A stretch of DNA of 64,000 nucleotides from Camelus dromedarius (taxonomy: Eukaryota), in NCBI RefSeq assembly GCF_036321535.1, contig NC_087437.1, positions 110,486,001 through 110,550,000 of the forward strand. Direction: 5' to 3'. Positions 38,305 through 49,930 of the stretch are shown here, piece by piece. Within the stretch, counting starts at the first letter, position 1. Each line of letters begins with the position of its first letter. A program made the translations under genes and the position numbers. The notes beneath the pieces were generated by a model, which was not told the DNA's origin, ran no database searches, and saw only the letters and a program-made list of their open reading frames with translations.

Positions 38305-38500
38305 AGGTGAGCTCTCAGGTCCTTACCGTCTGTGTGATTTTAGGCAACTTCATCTAACTTCTCCATGCCTCAGTGTCATTTATAAGGCAGGATTACTAAT
38401 AATTCTTATTCCATATTGTTGGAAGAATTTAATGGGATGATGTAATTAAAGCATTTACCACAATGACTGACCAAGAGTAACTTCTCAGTAAAGATTGGCT
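38305..38500 (+). mobile_element. MIR
   Basis: CTGTGTGATTTTAGGCAACTTCATCTAACTTCTCCATGCCTCAGT. Confidence 0.65.
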
Positions 38501-38694
38501 ATAATAACAATAATTATTATTATTATCACTTGTAACTTGCTTTTATCCACTTAATACATCATTACCACGTCTACAAATTAAGACACATAGCTCTAACTCA
38601 CTCTTTGGTAGCTGCATTATAGTTCACAGTATAGACTGCCATACTCATTCAGCCTTTTAACTGCTAAGGTCCAAACATACTGCTTATTGAAACC

Positions 38695-38917
38695 AGGGTT
38701 TCTCAGTCTCAGCACTATTGGCATTTAGGGTCAGATCATTCTTTGTTGTGGGCGGTTGTCCTGTGCACAGTGGGATGTTTCACAGTATCCTTGGCTTCCG
38801 CTCACTAGAAACAATACCTCCACCAAGTTCTAGCAGCCAAAATGCCTCTATACATTGCCAAATGTTCCTTGGTTGCAGGAAAGAAGTGCAAAAATGCCGC
38901 CAATTAAAAACCACTGA
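38695..38917 (-). mobile_element. MER20
   Basis: CAGGGTTTCTCAGTCTCAGCACTATTGGCATTT...ACATTGCCAAATGTTCCT...AAAACCACTG. Confidence 0.85.
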
Positions 38918-40291
38918 TCTAAACTAACATGGTTAAAATTCATCCTAAAGATTTCAGTGACTGCCCACCTACAGCCAAGTGTCTTCTCATGGGAAGCCTT
39001 CCTGAAGCTAGTTACAGACAGACATAAAATACTGCAATCCCTTTTGAGTGTCACTCGTCTGAAATCCAGGGTCAAAGAGACAGTTGTCTTGGTGTCTTTG
39101 CTCTCAGATGCACTTCATAAGACTTTGGAAAAGAAATAAGGAGTAATATTCAAGGAATAATGTTAACTTCTCCAATCAAGCCAACCCGTGGCAAACCATC
39201 AGAGCAATACTATACATGCTTTTGGATCTTGCAAACTCCATTATAACTTTATCACATGAGGTTAAATGGGTATAATTTCTGAAGAACCAGTTAATAGTTA
39301 TTTTGACATGAAGAAACTTGTTCTTCCACAAATTTTCCTCCTAAGCAAGACCAATAGCCTTGTCACTGTGTGTCAAATGATCCAAGGGACACAGCAACTC
39401 CACAGAGGCTCAGCCCCATGACTAGGTGAGGACAAAACATGAAATCCACATCTAAATAACACTAGCTCAGAGTTTACCTTCATATATGGAGGGTGGCAAA
39501 TAATACAAGTAGAATCCCATGATTATATAGCGTTTTAATTTAGAATTCTGATTAGCAAAACTATATCCACATCTGTGGGGACGGCTTATCCTAACAGTAC
39601 TTTGCTGATGTGGTTTCAGAAAATTATATTAAATGAAAAATCTTGTAGAACAGATGTGTTCACAAGTCCCCATCCACACAGCAGTCGATCTGCTTGATGA
39701 AAACACTGTCACGGTTCAGAATTAGTGCTTTCTACTCTACAGTATTGCTATATTAGGGTCTCAGAGGAGTAAAGAAAGTTTAAAAGAAACGAGAGTGAAG
39801 AAATTGCCAGAACGAGGGGTCAGGGATAGAATATCTCCAAGGCAGGTACCTCAATATGGTACAGAGGAAGGAAGATGAAGAAAAAAGATTTTTAAAAAAG
39901 AAGGAAGAAATAGCAAAACCAGGACATAGAAGCAGAATGCCTGCTTTATTTAGATAAACTAAATCAAGTAAATAACACCACCTCGGTGCTTCCATACATT
40001 CCATTTAAATATAATTGGAATATAACAAAGCTACTTTCATATCACTCAAATTTAGTGAAATGAGATTTTTACAAGTATTCACAAGCTATTTCTTACCCAG
40101 ATCATCCTGTACCAGGAGGGTCCTATGACCACTCTGCTTAGTCCTCAAAAGTCATGAATGAAAGTCTATTTAGATCTTCCACATCAGTTCAATTTGTAGT
40201 GACTGTTTGGCTAGCTTTTGAATAATTAATTGTTTATGTTTTGTCTCCAAAGCAAACAGGAACAACTCATTCAGAATAGTTGTCTCTACCA

Positions 40292-40671
40292 TGCGATGGA
40301 CTGATTCGTGCTCCCCCTAAAATTCATATGTTGAAACTCTAACTCCCAATGTGATGGTATTAGGAGGTGCAGCCTTTGGAAGTAATTAGACCTGTGGATG
40401 AAATTAGTGCCCTAACGGGAACAGAGCAGAGTCGTTTGCTCCCTCTCTTCTCTCTTCCTTTTCTCCTTCTCTCTCCCTTTCTCTCCCCCACCATGTAAGG
40501 ACCCACCAAGAAGACAACTACATACAAGCCAGCAAGAGAGCCCTAAACTGGAACCAAATTGGCCGGCACCTTGATCTTGGACTTCACAGCCTCCAGAACC
40601 ATGAGGAATCAATGCCCGTGGTTTAACCATCCAGTCTCCGGCATTTTTTTATGGTAGTCTGAGCTAAGACA
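40292..40671 (+). mobile_element. MLT1A/B LTR
   Basis: CCCCTAAAATTCATATGTTGAAACTCTAA...GGCACCTTGATCTTGGACTTCACAGCCTCCAGAAC...GAGCTAAGACA. Confidence 0.88.
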
Positions 40672-41232
40672 TACAGATGGCAACATGTTCTGCACATGCT
40701 TACACGTAGCAGAAACTCGGCAAGATCCTTGCCCCCGCAGAGCTACATTTCCAGTCAACACAAAGCCCATTTACACCCTATTCATCTTGAAATCACAAAG
40801 AAGGCACCTTTTATCTGATTTAAAATAAGATAATTTCGAATAAAGTCATAATTTAATTTTGGATGATAGCAGAGTGAGCTAATAACCTTGCAAGGAATAA
40901 CACTGACAGCTTTAAATGACACAAAACAAAAGGATAAAACATTGATTTATTCATGAATGTTAATCCTGGTTAAGAACTATCAAAAATGTTGACGTTTTTA
41001 TTAACTAGTATGCCTCTTCCTTAAGAGGCCACGCACACATTTCTAACTGGCAATTGAGTTTATTTTTAAAAGTAAAAAGTTTAGATCAAAACTGGGAAAA
41101 TGTTTCTCATTAAGGGATGTAAAACAAATATTTTCATAAAATCTATCCCCTAAGCCATTTCTGAGGTGACACCAACTCTGTATTTTCACAGATCTCAGAA
41201 ACTATTTGCAATAGAAAGTATATTATTACCCA

Positions 41233-42220
41233 ACCACAGCAATCAGAGGAGAAAAAGGTAAAAGGAACCCAAATTGGAAAGGAAGAAGTAGAACTATCAC
41301 TGTTTGCAGCTGACATGATACCATACATAGAAAATCCTAAAAACACCATCAGAAAACTACTAGAGTTCATCAATGAACTCAGTAAAGTTGCAGGATACAA
41401 AATTAATATACAGAAATCTGTGGCATTTCTATACACTAACAACAAAATATCATAAAGAGAAATTTAGGAAACAACCCTATTTATCATCACATCAAAAAGA
41501 ATAAAATATCTAGGAATAAACCTATCCAAGGAGGCAAAAAACCTGTAGTCTGAAAACTGTAAGACACTGATGAAAGAAATTGAAGACAACTCAGATGGAA
41601 AGATACATGATGTTGCTGAATGGAAAGCCTCAGTATTGTTAAAATGACCATACTACCAGGGCAACCTACAGACTCAGTGCACTCTCCATCAAACAACTGA
41701 TGGAATTTTTCACAGAACTAGAACAACAACAAAAAAACAGTTTTAATTTGTATGGAAACACAAAAGAACCCAAATAGCTGAAGAATCATGACCCTTGACT
41801 TCAAAATATACTACAAAGCTACAGTGATCAAAACAGTATGGTACTGGCACAAAAACAGACATATAGATCAAAGAAACAGAATAGAGAGCCCAGAAATAAA
41901 CCCACATATGTATGACCAATTAATCTATGACAAAAGAGGCATGGATAATCAATGGAGAAAAGACAGTCTCTTCAATAAGCAATGCCAGGAACACTGGAGA
42001 GCTACATGTAAAAGAATGATATTAGAACATTCTCTAACACCATGTGCAAAAATAAACTCAAAATGGATTAAAGACCTAAACGTAAAACCAGATACTATTA
42101 AACTCCTAGAGGAAAACATAGGCAGAACACTCTTTGACATAAACTATAGCAATATTTTTTTTTGATTCATCTCCTAGAGTAATGGAAAAAGGCAAAAATA
42201 AACAAATTAAACTTAAAAGC
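41233..42220 (+). mobile_element. LINE-1 ORF2 fragment
   Basis: ORF 41788-42165 reads [36 protein letters not shown]...[12 protein letters not shown], canonical L1 ORF2p; RT active-site-like LFAADMI lies upstream. Confidence 0.95.
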
Positions 42221-42234
42221 TTAAAAACTTAAAA

Positions 42235-42485
42235 TATATATATATTCTTTTTCAGATTCTTTTCCATTACAGGTTGTTACAAGTTACTGAATATACATAT
42301 ACACACACACATATATATAGATACATATATATGTACATATATACATATATATACACACACATACACTATATATATATACACACACAATATATGTATCTAT
42401 ATGTATAACTGAATTACTTCACTGTACACCTGAAACTAACACAATATTGTAAATCAACTATATTTTAATCAAAAAAAATAAATAA
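42235..42485 (+). mobile_element. LINE-1 3' end with an inverted 5' segment and TA/CA microsatellite
   Basis: ~42236-42295 is antisense L1 3'UTR; ~42400-42485 is the sense terminal segment with A-tail. Confidence 0.75.
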
Positions 42486-43564
42486 ATTATACTATTAGTT
42501 GCCTTCCAGCTCTTTTTAAATAAATAAACAGCAAATGTCTTATCTGAATTTGCTGACGCAGGCAACAGTAGAGTTCCATTACATTTGAACCAAAAGGTAT
42601 AGCTTGATGTCTTTTTCCACTGACTTTATTAAGAGACTAATATATGTGTATATATATATGGTTCTTTCAGAGTTTGCAATGCATGTGCATTATTGCCTTT
42701 ACTCTTTCCAACAAGCCTGTGAATTCAGTAATATTATCACACTCATTTTTTTTTTTAGAGCTAGAGAGGGAAAGGAACTTGCCAAGTGTTAAATACAAAA
42801 GTGGTACAGCTAGAATTCAGCAGAATCCACAGGCTTTTATAGGATTCGTTTCGTCTTCTCCACACAAATGAAGAGTGGGCCTTCCCCAACAAACACTTAC
42901 CCATTCACATGAGACATAACTTGTTTCAGAGACTGCAATCGGCCACATTTCTGAGAAAGTTTTCATAGACCTGGGGTCCTTGATGACCAGTTTTCTCCTA
43001 TGGTCTATCATCCTCATTTTGATTACTTAATGACTTACACATTAGATTTGAAAGTAACACACTCTGCTGGTTGGGGGGCCTATTGAGTTCCCCAAGGACA
43101 ATCAGACCCGCCAAGTCCCCAGTGGTTTCACTTCAACTGCACTTTTTATTGTTAATTCTAATAATACACATGCAAAGTCTTGAAGCCTGCCCTATCTTTG
43201 GTATCAATCAACTAATCAGTCAAATAAAGCTTTCTTTCAACACTCCCATTTTTTAAAAAATTTTGGAAGCCTTTCTGTGATGATCAATTTCCTGCTAAAA
43301 TCAAGTTATTCAAGAATTTTTTAGAATATGTTTTGACTTGAAATAAAAGATTGCTCAGCATTCTTTCATCCCTCTGACTTTGGAGACCACCTCAAAGGCA
43401 GGTTCTAAATGCGAACAGCCTGCTAAGTTATGTAGACCTTGCAGAGAACACTCCAGCAGAAAAACAACATGGCAGGCGTCACTGGGTGTGTGACGCACCC
43501 AGTGGGTGTGTTTCACGCACATACGTGAGAAACTAGCATTGTCGTTAAGCGCACCCATGCTGGA

Positions 43565-43790
43565 AGGAGACCGCTTGGGTGTGCATCCTGGCCCTACTAT
43601 TTTCACTAATACCGAGAATTTGGACAAATCATTTAAACTTTCCATGCCTCAGTTTCCTTGTCTGTCATGTAAGTATGGTAATGAGTACTTGTCTCTGCTT
43701 TATTGTGAGAATTAAGTCAGTAAATAAAAGTAAAGTACTTCAAAAGGCATCAGGCATATAGAAATTACTAAGAAGTATTAACTGTTCTTA
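43565..43790 (+). mobile_element. MIR
   Basis: TTTGGACAAATCATTTAAACTTTCCATGCCTCAGTTTCCT...ATTGTGAGAATTAA. Confidence 0.72.
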
Positions 43791-43928
43791 TTACTACCAT
43801 AGCCATGTTAAAAAAAAAATTCTCCCTTGTCAGGGGTAAAATTTGCCCACTTGAGGGACAAAAAATTAATTTTTAAAGCAATTTCTTGATAAAAATCCAC
43901 TTTTTTTTTTCCTTCTTGTTTCCCAGTC

Positions 43929-44260
43929 AGAGCTTGGCAAACTATAGCCCATGGGCCAGATCCAGCCCACTACCTGTTTTTGTACAACTAGAGAGCTAAG
44001 AATAGCTTTTACATTTTTAAATGGTTGAAAAAAATCAAAAGAAGAACACTATTTCACGACACATGAAAATTATGAAATGTGTGTTTGGTGTCCATAAAGA
44101 AGGTGTAAAAGGTACCCAGACGTGCTTATTCATTTGCACGGCGTCTGTGGCTACTTTTGTGCCACAAGGCAGAGTTGAGTGGTTGCAACAGAGATCTAAT
44201 GGCCCACAAAGCCTAAAGCATTTACTATCTGACCCTTACAGAAAAAGTTTGCCAACCCAT
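43929..44260 (+). mobile_element. MER58B (hAT-Charlie)
   Basis: GGCAAACTATAGCCCATGGGCCAGATCCAGCCC...CCCTTACAGAAAAAGTTTGCCAACCC. Confidence 0.88.
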
Positions 44261-44899
44261 ATTACAGGTGATCAGTGTGTGCTCTATAAAATCCAGAAGA
44301 ATCCAGTGAACTGAGGGAGACACGGACAGGACTTGAAAGAAACAATTCACATTCAAGAAAGTCACAAGGCAATATTCAATTGCTTAGCATTATTTCTTCT
44401 GAGGAGTTGAAGCAAAGAAGTCCATTGAAAGTACAGGTTACATTTTATTTATCAACTAAATTTTATATATTCTGTGGGATTTGATTATTCATAATAATCA
44501 AAAATTATATGAGTTTATATGATAGATGCTCAATTTTTTATTCTAAAAATTGTGTACAGCAGCTAAAATGTACAGGAAAGTTCATTTCTATCACCCTACA
44601 CTACTAACTTTAAAGCTTTTTTTTTTTCACATTTTAACACATTGCATTTTATTCCTCCTTTTAAAACTCAAATTTTGAATCCAAATAATTAAAAATTAAC
44701 CATGAAATAAGTGTATCTAAACTACCCACTTTCTCATTGATCTCCAGGGATTTTTTCTCACACCCTCAAGGAGAATTTCTTCTTTCTTTTCTCAATAGCA
44801 ATAATCCCATACTTAGTCTTCTAAGTAATTTTTTCACTCTTTGTTACAAAAATGTTCATGTGTAGAATTTTCCCATCGTGATGTCTTCTCACCCAAAGC

Positions 44900-45950
44900 C
44901 TTGCTAGGACTGTCTTCAACTTCCCTCGTCACTTGTAAAATCTTTCTTACAGTTTCTCTCACAAGTTTATGCAACAAGAGCTCTGGGTATGTTGTGGCTA
45001 GGCAAAGCTAAGACTCGAGTTCATTCAAAAGTGAAGGGAGAAAGGGTCTCAGCCTTGAATACCCCCACCCTCTCAGCTATGGCTTCTAACTAGTCCTCCA
45101 GGACTGGAGCAAAGGAAAGGAGAAAAAGTAAGAAGATAGGAAAGAAACCACTTAAGTGGCACTCGTGTAATCTTGTTTTGTTTCTAGCTGGTGTTTAAAA
45201 TCAATTCTGCTGTAAGATGGTTTGTGGGCTCTTTAGACAGCACCTCCAATTTGGAAATCTCTTGCCTGCCATTGCCTTGATGAGGGTCAGTTTATCTTCT
45301 TGCTAATAGCTTAGGATTCCTCCATCAGTCTTGACATCTCCAACCCCTTCTTGTTGCCACTTTCCTACTTCTCCCAGAAGCCCTCAGGGAAGGATGTAGA
45401 ACCACCCCAAGCTGTTGCTCTCACAGTGGCCTTCATCTGGCTCCAGGTGACAGGAACTTCTGACCCACCATCAGAGAGAGCATATCACCTCCCAAACACA
45501 GCTCTGTCCTCCGCTGCCACGGGCCAGTCCAGCCAGCCTCCCACCCAAGAAGACTTTTATGTAGGCATATGTTATAAACCACAGGACTCATAGCTCAAGC
45601 TCTGCACCTCCTTGAAGCCCTCTGTCTTGCCTGGAGACAGGAGAACCCCTTCCATGTTGGGAGGTGAGAGAGTGAGGGAGAGGAGTAGGAAACTTAGGTG
45701 AACGTGAAACTCAAATTCCAGCTTTTCCCAAATAAATCCTGGCCCCAGACTCCAGGCTCTTTTCTCACACACCATGATCTCTTTCATAGCCTGGGGTAGG
45801 GGGCCAGCTGAGAGTCACAAAAGAGGATTTTTGACTACCTCCTTTGCAAGTCTCAATTAGGAAGCCCAGTTTCTCACTTTGGAATATGGGAATAGTTGGC
45901 ACATTATCTGGGAATCTCAACCAAAACTAAAACAGGAAAGAGTCCTAGTA
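44900..45950. mobile_element. Possible ancient LTR (LTR78-like)
   Basis: About 1 kb compositional block with sequence reminiscent of LTR78; no termini or TSD resolved. Confidence 0.3.
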
Positions 45951-46564
45951 AAAGAAATACTATTTGCCCAACACATTTAAATTTACCTTTGCATTTTTTT
46001 ATCTCAGGATGGATACCCCCCAAAAAATCGATTTTCTCATAATGTCTCCAGTTTATCAGCATTTAAAATCTTCACTCTGGGAAATAAATTATATAATAAC
46101 CCATTTAAGCATGTTCTTAAAACAAGTCAACAGAACAACCTTTGATGCGTGGCTGAAATCTGGGACCGTAATGAAATCTTAATCTCATTTTTCTTTTCAG
46201 TCTCTAGGCTTCTGTCCTCTGCTTTGATCCACCCTGTATAAAGCTATTGGCAAATGTATCACTGAATGAGATGTTATAAATTGTACCTAAATTCACACAC
46301 CCTCATATTTGACTTGTAACAGAAACAGTAACCTATAAATGATGACACAGCAATGACTCAGCAGTTTGAAGCCCTCCCAACAAGTAGCTCACCTCTTTAT
46401 ATGCAGTTTCACCCACAGTTCTCCCCTGGGAAGCTTCCTGGCTGATTGAGGGGGTCAGGAGACAATCAGGCATCTGCCTTCCCCCAAATGCTGGCAGACA
46501 TCACCCAAGGAGAATCTCAAGACAAGGAGAAAGGAAAATAAAGAAAATATTCTTTAATACATAT

Positions 46565-47087
46565 GGTGGGATATTATTCAGCCAGAAGAAAAAAAGGAAA
46601 TCTTCCCATTTTCAATAATGTGGATAGACCTTGAGGGCATTATGCTAAGTGGGCTAAGTCAGACAGAGAATGACAGACACTGTATGATACCACTTACATG
46701 TGGAATCTAAAAACGCTGAAATCATAAGAACAGAGAGTAGAAAGGGAGTTCCCAGAGACTGGGGGTGGAGGACTGGGGATATCTTATTAAGTGTATAAAC
46801 TGGAAATTGGTAGATAAATAAGTCATGGAGGGTTAATGTACACATAGTGATTATAGTCAATAATCCTGTATTATCAGCTTCAAAGTTACTAAGAAACTAG
46901 ATCTTAATTACTCCCATCACAGAAAAGAAATGAAAACTGTGTAACTTGAGAGAGCTGTTCATTCTGTCTCTTCTAGCAATGGTAGGTAATCATACTGACA
47001 TATATAAATGGTATCAAATCAACATGTTGTGCACCTTAAACTTATACAATACTATATGTCAATTCTATTTCAATTTTTAAAAAAATA
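46565..47087 (+). mobile_element. LINE-1 3' end (L1MA8/9-like)
   Basis: GACCTTGAGGGCATTATGCTAAGTG...CACTTACATGTGGAATCTAAAAA...CACCTTAAACTTATACAAT. Confidence 0.88.
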
Positions 47088-47429
47088 CAGTAGATGTCTC
47101 TGTCTCTAAAAAAGAAAAGATTTTTTTAAATAGAGAAATAAATGTGGGGCACAGTCCAGAAGAACGGGGTACACGAAAGAGCATAAAAAAGAGAGGCTGA
47201 CAGTTGACATAAGAAGCCAGGGCACACTGGGCAGTTTTTTAATCTCTCTGGGCCACCACCGGATCATCTCGAAATGTAGAGATAAAGAAAATAATTCTAA
47301 AATTCTGAGATCCTAACTAGGGCTGAGAAGATTATGTCCCCTCCTTATGTTGAGTTTCTCTGAGCACCGATTCTAACGCGATTCATCGGGATGTACATAA
47401 GGAACATTCCATAAGGATTCCCCACATCA

Positions 47430-47749
47430 GGAATAGGCCAATTGTGGGCCACCAGCCAAATCTGACTGCTGCCTGTTTTTGTACCACCTGTGAGCTAAGC
47501 ATGACTTTGTGTTTAAATAGTGAGAAAGAATTAAAAGAAAAATAGCATTTCCTGACATGTGAAAATTACATGAAATTCAAGTTTCAGTTTCCATAAACAG
47601 TTTAATGGAACCCGCCACACTCATTTGTATCGTCCATGGCTGCTTGCACATGATAATGGCAGAGTGGAGTAGCTGGGCAGAGACCAAAGGGTGCACAAAG
47701 CCTGAAATATTCATTATGACCCTTTGCAGAAAAAGTTTGTCAACACTGC
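47430..47749 (+). mobile_element. MER58B
   Basis: GCCAAATCTGACTGCTGCCTGTTTTTGTA...CCCTTTGCAGAAAAAGTTTGTCAACACTG. Confidence 0.82.
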
Positions 47750-48249
47750 TTTATAATCATTAAGAAGGCCATGGGCGAGGGGGATGCATCAGTAGTAAGG
47801 GGTAGTTTGTGTCCCAACTCACTTCCTAAAACTATGGTAGATGTTTCCAAGTTAGCATTAGCATCTCTGCCTATAACTCAAAATGAAAAAACCCCAGGGG
47901 TCTCTTCTCCAGAAGAATAAAATATGGAGAGGAGATGGAAGGAGAAAAAAAAAATCAAGGAAGTTGCCTTCATTATTTCTCATAAACAAATGATCTAAAA
48001 GTTGAATCTCTTTGGATACCTGGTAAACCAATGGGATTGGGCCAGATAATCTGTGCTTCATTCCAAGTCTAAACTGTTCTGACATCCTGTCTATTTTTAT
48101 TCTCTTTCAGGCCTCCGAGTTTCAAAATCTTATGCTTATCCTGTTATATGTCACTATAAAAATAGATTAGAAGTTGGCCTTAGAATATTAGTGTAGAGAT
48201 AGCAGGGACTTGTGTACTAGAGAGCTGAATTCTTTAAAGGATTTGGAGT

Positions 48250-48396
48250 GGGGAAGATATAGCTCAGCAGTAGAGCACATGCTTAGCATGCACAAGGTCC
48301 GGGGTTCAATCCCCAGTACCTCCATTAAACACAAAACAAAATAAAAAATAAATAAATAAACTCAATTACCTCCCTCTCCCTTACAAAAAATAAAAA
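48250..48396 (+). mobile_element. tRNA-Ala-derived SINE (Vic-1-like)
   Basis: GGGGAAGATATAGCTCAGCAGTAGAGCACATGCTTAGCATGCACAAGGTCCGGGGTTCAATCCCCAGTACCTCC, then A-rich linker, ATTACCTCCC segment and A tail. Confidence 0.9.
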
Positions 48397-49439
48397 CCTG
48401 AACTTTGTTAAAGAATATGACTGCTTCACCTCCAAATACTTCCAAAGATTTGTCAAGAACTCATAAGCCAGTAAGGAGCTCATACTTGTGGTTGACTACC
48501 AACGCAAAATCACCATCAGAGTGTAAGATTCCCCAGTGAAACTGTGACTTCCCCTAATTAAACAGATAATCCCTCAAGGGCAGAGTGTACGTCAGCTTCT
48601 GCTCTCCTCAAAGAGCCTAGCACCTTGTAAGACGCCACCATCAGCAGTGATGGAATAAATGTTTTATTTATTCAGGGAGCTTACTTTTTCATTTCATGCT
48701 GCAATATTAATTTAAATCAGCACTCGCATGCACAGATCACTATGCAAAGCATAAAGAAGTCAACATACACAGATGAAATACAATAAACACACTCACTGTT
48801 CCTAAAGACCAAACCAGAGATTTGGGTCCCATAGACCAAAATAATATCCATTCACTGAGTGAGACTCCGTCATGTGAAATGAGCACTGTGAAAACAGTTC
48901 AAAAGTGACAAGAGACTATAATCCATTTGTAAATATGCATGAAGCAAACAACAAATTCCTAGGGAAGCAATGGAGATGGACTTTAGCTGCTCGATCTAGG
49001 TGAACATTTGGGGATAAGACAAAGAATACACATCCAAAGTAACGGTGAAGATGGTCTTTGGCTATTTCTCCCCTAGAAGTTATTATTTTCTCTCCTAAAG
49101 CCAAGAATATTTACAGAATTTCTCTCATCACAGCGTGAATTCACGGGCAATTGCAGCGGGGTTATCTACAAAAGGCATTAGCAGAGCCCACTGCAATAAG
49201 AATTCAGAGGAAGTCTGTAGCATCGGCATTTGTATGGGATGTGCAATTAGCCACTAAGAGCATGAAGCTTTAGAATAACAGAAACACAGTGGCTGAAAGT
49301 CTCTGTACTTCAAAGACTTGACTCAGAATATATATGTTAGCCAACAAAAAGTCCCACTCCCAAGTGCAAAGAAAACTTTCTTCTATTGTTATAAAGAGGT
49401 ACTGGGTCAAATAAACTCTACTAACTTTGTAGTCAACGT

Positions 49440-49930
49440 CCTGGGCCCAAGAACCCAGGGTTTTTGGTTCCATGTCATGGAAACCCACTCTGATTACTCA
49501 AAGGCAAGGAGCAATTTATCCAAAGGATGTGGCAGAGATCACAGGATTCAGGCAAAGCTAACCAACCAAGCACAGGAAGCGGGCAAATAAAGGGAGGCCA
49601 GAACACAGCCAAAATCATGACAATGGGACTCTGTGTAGGACCCCCTTGTGGCTTCATTATTCCAGCACCACCTCTGGCCCCACTGCCACTAGATAGCGGA
49701 AGCCACTGCCACTACAAGACAAATTTGAGAATGGCCGTCGCTTCTTTGCACCACTGCGCTCAAGTCAAAGTCCAAGATAGGAATACAGTGGGCTTAGCTT
49801 TGGTCAAATACCCATTCCCTAGCAGCAAGGGAGTGGCAGAAGAACACCCTGAAACAAGCTCCATAGAACCAGGGTCCTGCTTCCACTGATCTTAGCTCTC
49901 CTCAAAATAGGGATGGTTTTCAGATGTGAG
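49440..49930 (-). mobile_element. Old MLT1-type LTR
   Basis: GAAACCCACTCTGATTACTCAAAGGCAAGGAGCAATTTAT is a typical old MLT1 terminus; the rest is highly diverged. Confidence 0.45.

Noticed and set aside
41788..42165. 125-aa ORF with convincing protein-like sequence
   Set aside because: An internal stop-free stretch of a decayed L1 ORF2, not a host gene. The same applies to 19806-20003 and 55418-55651.
48250..48325. Apparent tRNA-Ala(AGC) genes (also at 31379 and 62446)
   Set aside because: Stem mismatches, SINE-specific 3' extensions and A-tails (plus a TSD at 31379) indicate SINE copies, not functional tRNAs.
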